24,087 nt of DNA from Chlamydiia bacterium (lineage in GTDB: Bacteria > Chlamydiota > Chlamydiia > Chlamydiales > JBMOFD01). Positions 1 to 8,259 of this stretch are shown piece by piece. The stretch spans positions 1 to 24,087 of the forward strand of contig JBMOFD010000025.1 of the NCBI GenBank assembly GCA_049314435.1, given 5' to 3'. The notes below the pieces were generated by a model. The model ran no database searches and had not been told where the DNA came from. It saw only the letters and a program-made list of their open reading frames with translations. Numbering within the stretch: the stretch's first letter is position 1; each line of letters starts with the position of its first letter. Position numbers and translations under genes: made by a program.

Positions 1-96
1 GAACTGCTGGATGAAATGGCGCGCGCATATCTGATCAAGCCTATTCAATCTATGGGCCTGGTTCAAAAGCAGACCTGGGAGGGTTACACCAGCTAG
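1..96 (+). CDS. 3' end of a CDS running in from outside the window (ELLDEMARAYLIKPIQSMGLVQKQTWEGYTS*), product unknown
   Basis: Frame 1 is open from base 1 to TAG at 94-96. Its last codons run through the 49-90 repeat. It is too short to identify. Confidence 0.35.
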   Translation, partial: ELLDEMARAYLIKPIQSMGLVQKQTWEGYTS

Positions 97-237
97 AGAC
101 CTAGGACTATCAGAAAAGCTGTCCAAGCATGCATAGAGACAATTTTTAAGGATGGCCCGATCGGTTCCAAGGTGTAACCCTGGGTTGAACCAAGCCTCTA
201 TGGGCCTGGTTCAAAATAGGCCATTTTCAGGTTACAC
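49..237. repeat. Direct plus inverted repeat cluster, IS-end/MITE-like
   Basis: TCTATGGGCCTGGTTCAAAA-N13-GGTTACAC occurs at 49-89 and 197-237 with the same spacing. AGGGTTACACC (80-90) is inverted as GGTGTAACCCT (171-181). TTGAACCAAGCC (185-196) pairs with GGCCTGGTTCAA (203-214) with 1 mismatch. Confidence 0.8.
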
Positions 238-253
238 AGGCCGTGCGGGAACG

Positions 254-274
254 GCCAGCTGCGTGGCAGCTGGC
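254..274. other. Perfect 9-bp stem-loop GCCAGCTGC-GTG-GCAGCTGGC
   Basis: Exact inverted repeat at 254-262/266-274 in intergenic DNA, with no U-tract on either side. Confidence 0.55.
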
Positions 275-532
275 ACTAGATATTGATCAGAGCGCATGGG
301 TTGGCTAGGCAGCCCGTCCTGTAGACAGGCCAAGAGTTTCAAGCCAAAGCGGTAAGGATCTTCCAGCCAGGACTTCAGCCGGGCTGCGACCTCTTCTAAA
401 TTCCTTCCTTGAGTCTCCTAGAATTTGCGGTTCTAGAGTACAATCTTCCTCCCTTGGGTTCCAAAACCAACAACTCGCTCACTAGCTCGTGATTTCCGGA
501 ACCTTTCAGCTGTCTTTATTGGTAGGCATCGC

Positions 533-2932
533 ATGCGAACCGGGTTTCACCCTCTTCCCTTTTGTTCACCCACGCCCGGCTTTCATGATGACCTTGACAG
601 CTCCACTCCTCTTGATAGAGATGAGGTCTCCAGAGAGAGTCGTGCTAGAGAGATCCGTCTGTTTGCTCAGAGTTGGCGCGAAACCTCTGGTCAGGCGAAC
701 CTAAAGGAGTGGTTGGTCAACTGGGTAGGACCTTTTTTGGATCGACAGGCTCTGCAAGACATAGGTCGAGCTCTGTTTGGAAGACGAGACAATTGGACCG
801 CACACACACGAGAAAGCATACCGAATCAACTTCGATCTAATTGGTTTGCCTGTTTAAACCAGATCTTTGCTCAGCGCATGGTTCTTCCTCAGGCCTCTGG
901 GATAGACCCAAATCCACACCCAGCACTGACATATGCCTACACCATTCTCCATCCGTCGGCCGAGCGCACTCAAGCTTCTGCATCAACCAACCCCGCTGAG
1001 ACTCCCCAACGAGCAACGTCATCTCCAGAAGAACCATTGCCACACGCAGAGATACTCTCGCCCCATATAGAAGTGGTGCAGCGTGTGCATCGATTGGCGG
1101 AGGTCTACAGCTGTGGGTTCCTTCGTAGGGCTACGTACTGGACCGATACGTGCCGTCTGGGAGGAGAGGTGTGGAACGGACTCATGTGCCGCCGAGTGGC
1201 GCCCCTCCAAGTCACTCCTGATTCTGCATCAGCAGAGCGTATGCCAACTCTATCGGAGGAAGTGGCGGCCATCTTGGTGCCAGACAGTACCTCACCCTTT
1301 ATTCCACTACCTTCCCTGGCACAACGACTCCTCACCCTTGGGCAGCACTCTTGCCCCGACATGCCTCAGCGACCTCCAGAACAACTGAATCCCTCCCAAG
1401 TCCCTGTCGATTTCCTTCTGGACATGCTCAACCAGGAAGATCCCAGAAAGCTTCGGAACTCGCAGCGCGTTCGAAGCGATGAAGAGCAGTGGTTCTCTAT
1501 CATCAAGAGCTTGCTGGTCCAGCCAAGCTCTTTACTCGCCTGCATAGGTCAGAATGACCCGCTCTGCCAACCTGGACGCCTCGGTCGGGTGCTCAATGCC
1601 CTGCTGCTTCAACCTTGGTTTCAGGAAGAACTGGGGAACAAATGTGTCGCAGAAACCAAGGAGCTCGATAGGGATTATCTGCGTGCGCGCCTTGATGAGC
1701 TGAGCCCATTTGATATGCAGCCCACGCCCCCGTACCTGGTGGAGATACGTACAGACGCTGCTGCCAGCGGGTGTAAGGATTTGGCCATACTCTTGGTGGG
1801 CAACGATCCCGAAGATCGGCTGACCATCTATTTAACTAAATTGTATCGCAAGGGAGTCCCTGGACTACTCCGAGAGTGGTTCAATAATTCAACTCTTTGG
1901 CAAACCCTCCGCCGGCACCTGCAGCGGGAGCACGAAAGCAGGGTGGCCCTACAAGGCATCTTGCGCGTAGATGGTGTAATGGAGACACTGCTCAGAGAGG
2001 CGCAATCGGAGGATCTTCCAACCAGGCCATTACTGCAGCAACTGCTAGATGTTGCGGCACAGCCAGCCGAAGACGACCGCTTGCAGTCATTCCAAAGCGA
2101 GGCACTCCTACTCAACGATCCTCCGGTGCTGAGGGCGCTGATTGAGCATCCAGACCACTGGGAGCACTTCCTAACACACGTAAACAGCATCATGTTCATT
2201 AGGTTGCTGTGCAACGCCCCTGCTCTACTCGATATCTGCCTGGAAGACCCTCGCGCTTGGGAGTTAGTCGCAAAATACGCAGCGGACCTGGACGCGATGG
2301 ATGAGGAGGACGATGAGCGCCCAGTATCCAATCCCAAACTGATCGGACTGATTCTCAGCACACCTGGGCTCATACCGAAGCTCCTGAATGACGTACTTGA
2401 GCATCTTCCTGTTGCAGAGCTCATCACACCACCCGATGGACACTTTTCTGTATGCAAGGCATTGGAAGCACCTGGCTTACTAGATCGCATCGGAAGATTT
2501 CCTCGCCACCAAGGACAACCCGTCGACTGGGTAGGAGGCGATGCCCGCAATGCGCCCTGGAGAGACCACGAGATCCTCCAGGGTGAGTTATGGCAGGAGT
2601 TGCTGGGCATCGGCTACTTTCAAGCCCATGCCCTGCATATTCCCGGCGTGGTGGATCACTGGGAGCGAGACTCTGAACTCTGGAAGTTGATCGACACCAT
2701 GCAGCCCAGCTCGCAACGACAGATGGACTGCTATCTCCAAATTCTCAGCCCACCTCACGTACAGGCTCTGCTCGACCAGCCGCTTAAGCAAGACATTTGG
2801 TATCAATGCTTGTGTAGGCTGGAGCGAACGGACCAATTGGGTCCCATCACAGATGCTGTGCAGTTTGCCGAGCTAGTCGCACACCCTATTCATTGGGATT
2901 ACCTCTGGAAGAAACGGGTGTATTGCCGCTAG
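533..2932 (+). CDS. Hypothetical protein, 799 aa, with degenerate helical repeats; candidate secreted effector
   Basis: Long ORF with GGTAGG upstream of the ATG. The N-terminus is P/S/T/D-rich and probably disordered. The C-terminal half has recurring P[GAP][LV][LVI]...W motifs. No family recognised. Confidence 0.8.
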   Translation: MRTGFHPLPFCSPTPGFHDDLDSSTPLDRDEVSRESRAREIRLFAQSWRETSGQANLKEWLVNWVGPFLDRQALQDIGRALFGRRDNWTAHTRESIPNQLRSNWFACLNQIFAQRMVLPQASGIDPNPHPALTYAYTILHPSAERTQASASTNPAETPQRATSSPEEPLPHAEILSPHIEVVQRVHRLAEVYSCGFLRRATYWTDTCRLGGEVWNGLMCRRVAPLQVTPDSASAERMPTLSEEVAAILVPDSTSPFIPLPSLAQRLLTLGQHSCPDMPQRPPEQLNPSQVPVDFLLDMLNQEDPRKLRNSQRVRSDEEQWFSIIKSLLVQPSSLLACIGQNDPLCQPGRLGRVLNALLLQPWFQEELGNKCVAETKELDRDYLRARLDELSPFDMQPTPPYLVEIRTDAAASGCKDLAILLVGNDPEDRLTIYLTKLYRKGVPGLLREWFNNSTLWQTLRRHLQREHESRVALQGILRVDGVMETLLREAQSEDLPTRPLLQQLLDVAAQPAEDDRLQSFQSEALLLNDPPVLRALIEHPDHWEHFLTHVNSIMFIRLLCNAPALLDICLEDPRAWELVAKYAADLDAMDEEDDERPVSNPKLIGLILSTPGLIPKLLNDVLEHLPVAELITPPDGHFSVCKALEAPGLLDRIGRFPRHQGQPVDWVGGDARNAPWRDHEILQGELWQELLGIGYFQAHALHIPGVVDHWERDSELWKLIDTMQPSSQRQMDCYLQILSPPHVQALLDQPLKQDIWYQCLCRLERTDQLGPITDAVQFAELVAHPIHWDYLWKKRVYCR

Positions 2933-2990
2933 CCGACTCTCGCTGCACAGCCGAGCTCTCAAAAATACCCATCTTAGGTAGCTTCCAGCC

Positions 2991-3299
2991 ATGGCTAAAA
3001 TCTGTTGGCAATGCTGTGGTATGGCTCTTCTAGCAGGGGGCCTGGGTCTGATGTTCCCGCTTGGTAGCGAACCCAATCTCCTCCCTGAACCGCTCACCGA
3101 AGAACTCTCTCAAGAAACTATGACTCCTGTGCCGGAGTCTCAGCCTCAAGTCCCGGCGATCAAAGCACCCCCCCCCATCAGAACAGATGCAGCCGATGCG
3201 GTCCAGAAACAGGCCGCTCGCAATCGGCAGAAGCGAGTAAAGGGAGCGCGTTCCAACGCCTCCCACAGGCATCCCCTCCTGCCTTACAGCCACGACTGA
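2991..3299 (+). CDS. Hypothetical small protein with N-terminal hydrophobic anchor/signal, Pro/Glu linker and basic tail
   Basis: 102-aa ORF filling the gap between the 799-aa gene and the convergent gene. Hydrophobic stretch GMALLAGGLGLMFPL. The RBS is weak. Confidence 0.45.
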   Translation: MAKICWQCCGMALLAGGLGLMFPLGSEPNLLPEPLTEELSQETMTPVPESQPQVPAIKAPPPIRTDAADAVQKQAARNRQKRVKGARSNASHRHPLLPYSHD

Positions 3300-3327
3300 G
3301 TCCTCCCGGGAAACTCCCAGCTTTAGG

Positions 3328-3930
3328 TCATCGAGGCCCCTGCAAAAGGCGAGCGATGCCACGACCAAGCGCTTGTAAAGCCGCCCCAGCCTTATGGACC
3401 GCCACCATCAATGAGCTCTTTTGTTCAGCCCTAGGCGCTGGAAACGTGTTGTAATTTACTTCGCGCATTCGTTGTGCAGAACGATCCTGATCATGAGTGG
3501 GAGCCCGGGAAGAGCTCGCCACAGAAGATTGAGACGCGCCCTCCCGAGGTGGCTGACGTTGCGCATGCTTATCTTGAATATTCTGCTGCAGGGCCTCTCT
3601 GAACTTGGCGTAGCTCTGAGCTGGCTCATGCTTCGCCAATTGATCTCGCTCACCCTGCCTATTCATGTCCTCAGCCTTCTTCTCCTCCACAAGCTCCATA
3701 TCGATCGGAGATGGCGGAGGAGAGCGCTTCCATTGGCGGCTGCCAAGCGGTTGAGCTTCTGAAGCTTCGTCCTCGAATCGAGCGCGAAAGCCCACACCCG
3801 ATTTACGAACCCTGTCCTCAGGGTCAGTGGAGTAGTTGCGACCGCTCACATTGGAGCGAGTCACCCCTGGTTTCTCCGGGTCAATAGGAGCGCCGCCGTT
3901 CGGGAATATGCCTTTGCTAGGTCCTGTCAT
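3328..3930 (-). CDS. Hypothetical protein, 200 aa, tandem paralog A; candidate type III effector
   Basis: Start moved to ATG 3930 (MTGPSKGI) because of a GGGAGG RBS and alignment with the paralog start MAGPSKGI. Hydrophilic, with a C-terminal amphipathic segment. Confidence 0.8.
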   Translation of the reverse strand: MTGPSKGIFPNGGAPIDPEKPGVTRSNVSGRNYSTDPEDRVRKSGVGFRARFEDEASEAQPLGSRQWKRSPPPSPIDMELVEEKKAEDMNRQGERDQLAKHEPAQSYAKFREALQQNIQDKHAQRQPPREGASQSSVASSSRAPTHDQDRSAQRMREVNYNTFPAPRAEQKSSLMVAVHKAGAALQALGRGIARLLQGPR

Positions 3931-4020
3931 GATGAACCTCCCAGTTTTGATGTACCCTCCCTTCTCCCCCCTCCTCTCGAAAAACAAAACCCATCCCCGG
4001 GATCACCCCAAAACTCGTGA

Positions 4021-4041
4021 GACCGGAGGAGAGCTCCGGTC
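4021..4041 (-). terminator. Stem-loop between the paralogs, possible terminator or stabiliser for paralog B
   Basis: GACCGGAG-GAGAG-CTCCGGTC is a perfect 8-bp stem about 23 nt past the stop of 4065-4556. There is no immediate U-tract. Confidence 0.4.
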
Positions 4042-4064
4042 ATCTATAACGGCGGTCATCGTAA

Positions 4065-4556
4065 CTATTTCTCATGAAAGAACCTTGGCTCCCATCTGAG
4101 CTTTTCTGGTGCAACATACCCTTTGGGAGGATCCAGAAAAGAACCTGCCACGAAAGATTGAGGGCCGCCAGCCTGCGGTGGCTGACGTTGAGCACGCTCA
4201 TCTTGCATACGCAGCTTCTGGGCCTCGATGTCCTTGGCCCTCGCCTGATTTACCTCATGTCGCGCCAATGCAGCTTGCTCACTCGGCTTATTCATGTCCT
4301 CGGTCCTCTTCTCTTCGATAAGCTGCATATCGATCGGAGATGGCGGAGGAGAGCGCTTCCATTGGCGGCTGCCAAGCGGTTGCGTTTCCAAAGCCTCGTC
4401 CTCGAATCGAGCATGAAAGCCAATGCCCGATTTACGAACCCTGTCCTCAGGGTCAGTCGAATAGTTGCGGCCACTCACGTTAGAGCGAGTCGCCTGTTTA
4501 TCCGGTTCAGCAGGGGTTCCGCCGGTTGGAGAGATGCCTTTGCTAGGGCCTGCCAT
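4065..4556 (-). CDS. Hypothetical protein, 163 aa, tandem paralog B with a shorter, divergent C-terminus
   Basis: Shares RSNVSGRNYSTDPEDRVRKSG and QPLGSRQWKRSPPPSPIDM with paralog A. GGGAG RBS upstream of the ATG. Confidence 0.8.
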   Translation of the reverse strand: MAGPSKGISPTGGTPAEPDKQATRSNVSGRNYSTDPEDRVRKSGIGFHARFEDEALETQPLGSRQWKRSPPPSPIDMQLIEEKRTEDMNKPSEQAALARHEVNQARAKDIEAQKLRMQDERAQRQPPQAGGPQSFVAGSFLDPPKGYVAPEKLRWEPRFFHEK

Positions 4557-4706
4557 AGTGAAACTCCCAGTTTTTGATATGCCCTTTCCTTCTCACCCCT
4601 CCCCTCAAAAAACAAAACCCATCCCCGGGATCAGCCCAAAACGCGTGAGGCATGAGGAGATCCTCCACGAGAAGCCTCTTTTGTCCCTATTCGATACAAT
4701 GACCCC

Positions 4707-5798
4707 ATGACGCTCCGTTCTCTTCAGCTACTGGACACCCGCAACTATACCCATGCTCATGTCGAGTTTGGAGAGGGTCTTCATGCCTTCATAGGAAGGA
4801 ATGCTCAAGGGAAAACTAACCTCCTAGAGGCGCTCGCCGTCTGTCTCACTGGCGCTTCGTTTCGTAGCCACCACCTTCAAGACCTCATTCGTGAGCAGGC
4901 GGAACGAGCCTGGATCGAGCTCCATTACACACAGGCCTCAATCGAGCAGACCACGCGTATTCTGATCGAGCCCGTACAGAAGAGCGCCTGGCTCAACCAA
5001 ACTAAGGCTGCAAGCCTTCAGCAATTGCTGGGGATTCTCCCCTGTGTTGTCGTCCAGCCTCAGGATCTTGACCTCGTCCGTGGTGATCCCCAAACGCGAC
5101 GTCACTTCATGGATCTGCTTCTGACGCAGTCGGATCCCCTCTACGGTCATCATCTAGCTCGTTATCGTCGATCGCTCAAGCAGCGCAACCACCTCTTGAA
5201 GATGCGACAGCTAGAGACCTGCGAAATCTGGGAAGCGGAGATGGGCCGTTCTGGTGAGTACCTGATCCAACATCGCCTACAGCTTCTCGAACAGATCCAA
5301 CAGGCTACAGCCCAGCTCCTCGTCCAGATGACAGGATGCCAAGAGTCGTTCACTTGCACCCTGCGGAGCTGCGTCTCTACTTCTGAGAACATCCAGGAGG
5401 CGTTGCGATCTGCTTGGAAGCGTCAACGATTGCGAGAGATGGAGATAGGCCAAACGCTCACAGGACCCCATCGTGAGGATTTTACCCTCTTTCTGCAGGG
5501 TCGTGAGGCTCGTTCCTACGCCAGTGAGGGCCAGGCACGCTCTATAGCCGCAGCGCTTCGTCTTGCCGAATGGGGCCTCTTGAAAGAACGTAGTGGCAAG
5601 GCGCCTATTCTCTGTGTGGATGATATCGGGCTCAGCCTAGATGCCGAGCGCTGTCGGAGACTCTGGTCTCTTCTACGAGACATCCCCCAGGTGATCTGCA
5701 CCGCTCCCCATTTGGAAGCCATCGATCCTGCACTGAGACCTGACAGAATCTACTGGGTGGATGGGGGAACGGTGCAGGCCAGTGAGCATACCCAATAG
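4707..5798 (+). CDS. recF: DNA replication/repair protein RecF
   Basis: RNY motif, Walker A GRNAQGKTNLLEA, GDPQTRRHFMD, GPHREDF, ASEGQAR signature and LCVDD Walker B; 363 aa. Confidence 0.97.
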   Translation: MTLRSLQLLDTRNYTHAHVEFGEGLHAFIGRNAQGKTNLLEALAVCLTGASFRSHHLQDLIREQAERAWIELHYTQASIEQTTRILIEPVQKSAWLNQTKAASLQQLLGILPCVVVQPQDLDLVRGDPQTRRHFMDLLLTQSDPLYGHHLARYRRSLKQRNHLLKMRQLETCEIWEAEMGRSGEYLIQHRLQLLEQIQQATAQLLVQMTGCQESFTCTLRSCVSTSENIQEALRSAWKRQRLREMEIGQTLTGPHREDFTLFLQGREARSYASEGQARSIAAALRLAEWGLLKERSGKAPILCVDDIGLSLDAERCRRLWSLLRDIPQVICTAPHLEAIDPALRPDRIYWVDGGTVQASEHTQ

Positions 5799-5799
5799 G

Positions 5800-7398
5800 T
5801 CAATTCTTCCTTCGCAAGCCCATGAGCTCTAGGTAGGCCTCGGCCAGTGGGAAGGGCTCTGCTTTAGGGCCACCGCGCTGAGCTGCTAGGAGATCTAGTG
5901 TCGAGGTCGCGAGCTGCTTGCCTAGCTGAACACCTTCTTGGTCAAAGCTATTGATACCCCAAAGAAACCCCTGGAAAGCCACCTTGTGCTCATAGAAAGC
6001 GAGGATCTTTCCGAGTGTTTGGGCATCCAACTGATGAGCAAAGAGCAGGCTGCTAGGCCGATTGCCTCGACATTCCTTGTTGATATTATCGGAATGCTTA
6101 CCTGTAGCGAACGCGATCATCTGAGCAATGACATTGGCATTGAGCTTCTCCTGGCTGGTCGTCCCCTCAACCAGAAGATCCTCTTGATACTGGCTGTCTG
6201 TAAAGGCAATGAACTCCAGAGGCACCACTGTGGTCCCTTGATGCAGCATCTGATAGAAAGAGTGCTGCCCATTGGTCCCTGGCTCTCCCCAAACAATCGG
6301 AGCTGTCTCAAAGTCCACTGACTTGGCGGTCATCTTCTCGATGTGTTTCCCATTTGACTCCATGTCTAGCTGCTCAAGGTGCGCCGAGAAGCGACTCAGA
6401 GCCCGACTATATGGAAGCACCGCAACTGTCTCGTGCAGCAAGAAGTTCCTGTTCCATATCCCAAGTAGAGCGGCCAAAAGAGGAAGGTTATCCAGAGGGT
6501 CCCCGGTGAGAGCATGGCGGTCCATCTCATGGGCCCCCTTCAGAACCAACTGGAAGACCTCATACCCAAAGGCAAAGGCCAGTGCTACCCCACCTACCAT
6601 GCTCGTGGCCGAATAACGTCCGCCCACGTAATCCCACATCGTAAAGCAGATGCGATAACGCTCAGGATTCCTCATGGGAGAATGGTCACCCGTGACAGCA
6701 ATGAAGTGATCGCTTGAGAGAAGGCCCTTGCGCTCGAAGGCAGCACGCAAGAGAGCCTCATTGGTAAGCGTCTCAAGAGTAGTTCCTGACTTCGAGACAA
6801 CCACTACGAGCGTATCCGGAAGAGGAATCTGCCGCACAACAGCGGCAGCCTCGTCGGGGTCTACGTTGCTGACAAAGTGAACACGCCGCCCTGGCAGGAG
6901 TTGGTGCTCTAGCGCCACATAAAGGGCCTTAGGACCCAGCTCGCTCCCCCCAATCCCGATCATCACCAGGTCGGTCCAGTGCTTTTCCTGGGCAAGTTGG
7001 TGGATGAACTGATCGAGGCGATCGTTCTCCTCTCTAGCCAGGTTCGCCGCATGCAGAGCTTCGGGATGGGGATTCGGATCATCAAAAATGTCCCGCATTG
7101 CCGTGTGCAGAGCAGGTCGATGCTCACTCGTAACGCCATGGACGAAGTTGACGATCGCACCGTCTTGCATCGCATGCATCTGATGGAGAGCTTCTCGCTC
7201 ACGAGCTAGATCGTGGAGGGCGTGCAGCACAGCTTCGTCGACTCGCTGACCTGCAAAGAAGAGCCGCAAGCCACAGGCGTGCCGCTTCATCTCTTGAATA
7301 CGCTCGGGTGTGAACACCCCCTCCTCTGTGAGATCGATAGGACGCTGGGCCAGACGGGCCAGCCTCCCGTATGCCGGCACTTGTCGAAACTGTGTCAT
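5800..7398 (-). CDS. pgi: Glucose-6-phosphate isomerase
   Basis: Motifs IGIGGSELGP, SKSGTTLET, DYVGGRYS, QLDMESNGK, GEPGTNGQHSFYQMLHQG and NSFDQEGVQLGKQLA. ATG 7398 (GAGG upstream) is preferred over GTG 7407. Confidence 0.98.
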   Translation of the reverse strand: MTQFRQVPAYGRLARLAQRPIDLTEEGVFTPERIQEMKRHACGLRLFFAGQRVDEAVLHALHDLAREREALHQMHAMQDGAIVNFVHGVTSEHRPALHTAMRDIFDDPNPHPEALHAANLAREENDRLDQFIHQLAQEKHWTDLVMIGIGGSELGPKALYVALEHQLLPGRRVHFVSNVDPDEAAAVVRQIPLPDTLVVVVSKSGTTLETLTNEALLRAAFERKGLLSSDHFIAVTGDHSPMRNPERYRICFTMWDYVGGRYSATSMVGGVALAFAFGYEVFQLVLKGAHEMDRHALTGDPLDNLPLLAALLGIWNRNFLLHETVAVLPYSRALSRFSAHLEQLDMESNGKHIEKMTAKSVDFETAPIVWGEPGTNGQHSFYQMLHQGTTVVPLEFIAFTDSQYQEDLLVEGTTSQEKLNANVIAQMIAFATGKHSDNINKECRGNRPSSLLFAHQLDAQTLGKILAFYEHKVAFQGFLWGINSFDQEGVQLGKQLATSTLDLLAAQRGGPKAEPFPLAEAYLELMGLRRKN

Positions 7399-7505
7399 GA
7401 TCCTCACCCCTTCCCACCTCCCCTATTGCCATACGCTCCAAATCCGCTCAACAACTCCCTCTTAGATCTGGAGGGAAAGGGCTTCTGGTCAGGGAGGTGA
7501 GGATC
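7399..7505 (-). promoter_or_regulatory. Structured trmB-pgi intergenic leader with anti-SD complementarity
   Basis: Inverted repeats at 7399-7408/7496-7505 (10 bp), 7415-7422/7492-7499 (8 bp) and 7456-7461/7471-7476 (6 bp). Confidence 0.45.
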
Positions 7506-7509
7506 GGTC

Positions 7510-8199
7510 CTATCGGCGTTCGTACAGCTGATAATGGATCTGAAGTCCCTTCTGTCTCCAGAGCTGCTCAAACGTACTGTCTCCATACTCGGCCCATTCA
7601 TGCCTGACTCCGTCTGGAGCAAAGCAGTTGCGCAAGCGTGGTTCGATGTCCAAGAGAGCACGGGTGCCCACGGCAAAAGGTTCTTCGTCCGTGACAAAGG
7701 CCAGTTTCCCCTCTGGACGGAGGATCCGAATCAGCTCAGCGATGAAGTCCGCGCGCATGATGCGTTTGTGGGCATGCTTGTTTTTGGGCCACGGATCGGG
7801 GAAGTTGATGAAGATGTGGTCCACGCACCCGTCGGTCAGGAAGTGGGGTGAAAAGAGCTCGGCCTCTCCCCAGACAACGAGAAGGTTGTCCAGTTTCTGG
7901 TTAGCTCGTTTGGCACAGATCTGACGAACACGATCGAATCTGCGTTCTACTGCAATCCAGTTGATATCGGGATGGGTCGCAGCGCGCTCGGCAATCCAGA
8001 TACCATTGCCACTGCAAAATTCCACATGGAGAGGTTGTTTCTTGGGGAAGGCCGCCAGAAGCCGCCCGTCCAGGCCGCTCCAGTCGGGAAGCAATTGCTG
8101 GCTCCAGCACCCTAGATGTCTGGCCATCGCCAAGCATCCATGCTCTAAAGCGAGCGCTTCTCTCCAGCCCTCTGGGGGAGTTACCTGTTGTGGCCGCAC
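7510..8199 (-). CDS. trmB: tRNA (guanine-N7)-methyltransferase
   Basis: VEFCSGNG SAM-binding motif, NWIAVE, INFPDPWPKNKHAHKR, FVTD, and STFEQLW. GTG start with AGGAGG RBS. Confidence 0.95.
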   Translation of the reverse strand: MRPQQVTPPEGWREALALEHGCLAMARHLGCWSQQLLPDWSGLDGRLLAAFPKKQPLHVEFCSGNGIWIAERAATHPDINWIAVERRFDRVRQICAKRANQKLDNLLVVWGEAELFSPHFLTDGCVDHIFINFPDPWPKNKHAHKRIMRADFIAELIRILRPEGKLAFVTDEEPFAVGTRALLDIEPRLRNCFAPDGVRHEWAEYGDSTFEQLWRQKGLQIHYQLYERR

Positions 8200-8259
8200 A
8201 TTCCTCCTAAAAACCCAGAGGAGAATACCACATGCTCAGCACACGGCTCCATTTGAAAA

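Larger units (their letters stand above)
3519..4666. repeat. Diverged tandem duplication, about 3519-4037 vs 4148-4666 (offset ~628 bp), covering coding and upstream DNA
   Basis: Identical blocks: 3697-3753=4326-4382 (57 bp), 3797-3828=4426-4457 (32 bp), and non-coding 3980-4005=4608-4633 (26 bp). Confidence 0.95.

Noticed and set aside
49..237. CRISPR array
   Set aside because: Only two direct copies 148 bp apart, no regular spacers, and no cas genes in the window.
271..287. Possible sigma54 promoter TGGCAC...TTGA
   Set aside because: The required GG-N10-GC is absent; the -12 position reads TG/GA.
1828..2610. 260-aa antisense ORF and the many other short overlapping ORFs in the track
   Set aside because: They are shadows of longer, better-supported genes, with Ser/Arg/Cys-rich antisense composition typical of GC-rich DNA.
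3168..3176. C9 homopolymer as a phase-variation switch
   Set aside because: It is short, encodes in-frame PPP in a Pro-rich linker, and there is no evidence of frame disruption.
3421..4577. Plus-strand ORFs 3421-3762 and 4074-4577 sharing KLHIDRRWRRRALPLAAAKRL
   Set aside because: The similarity is a by-product of the duplicated minus-strand genes, which have RBSs and matching starts.
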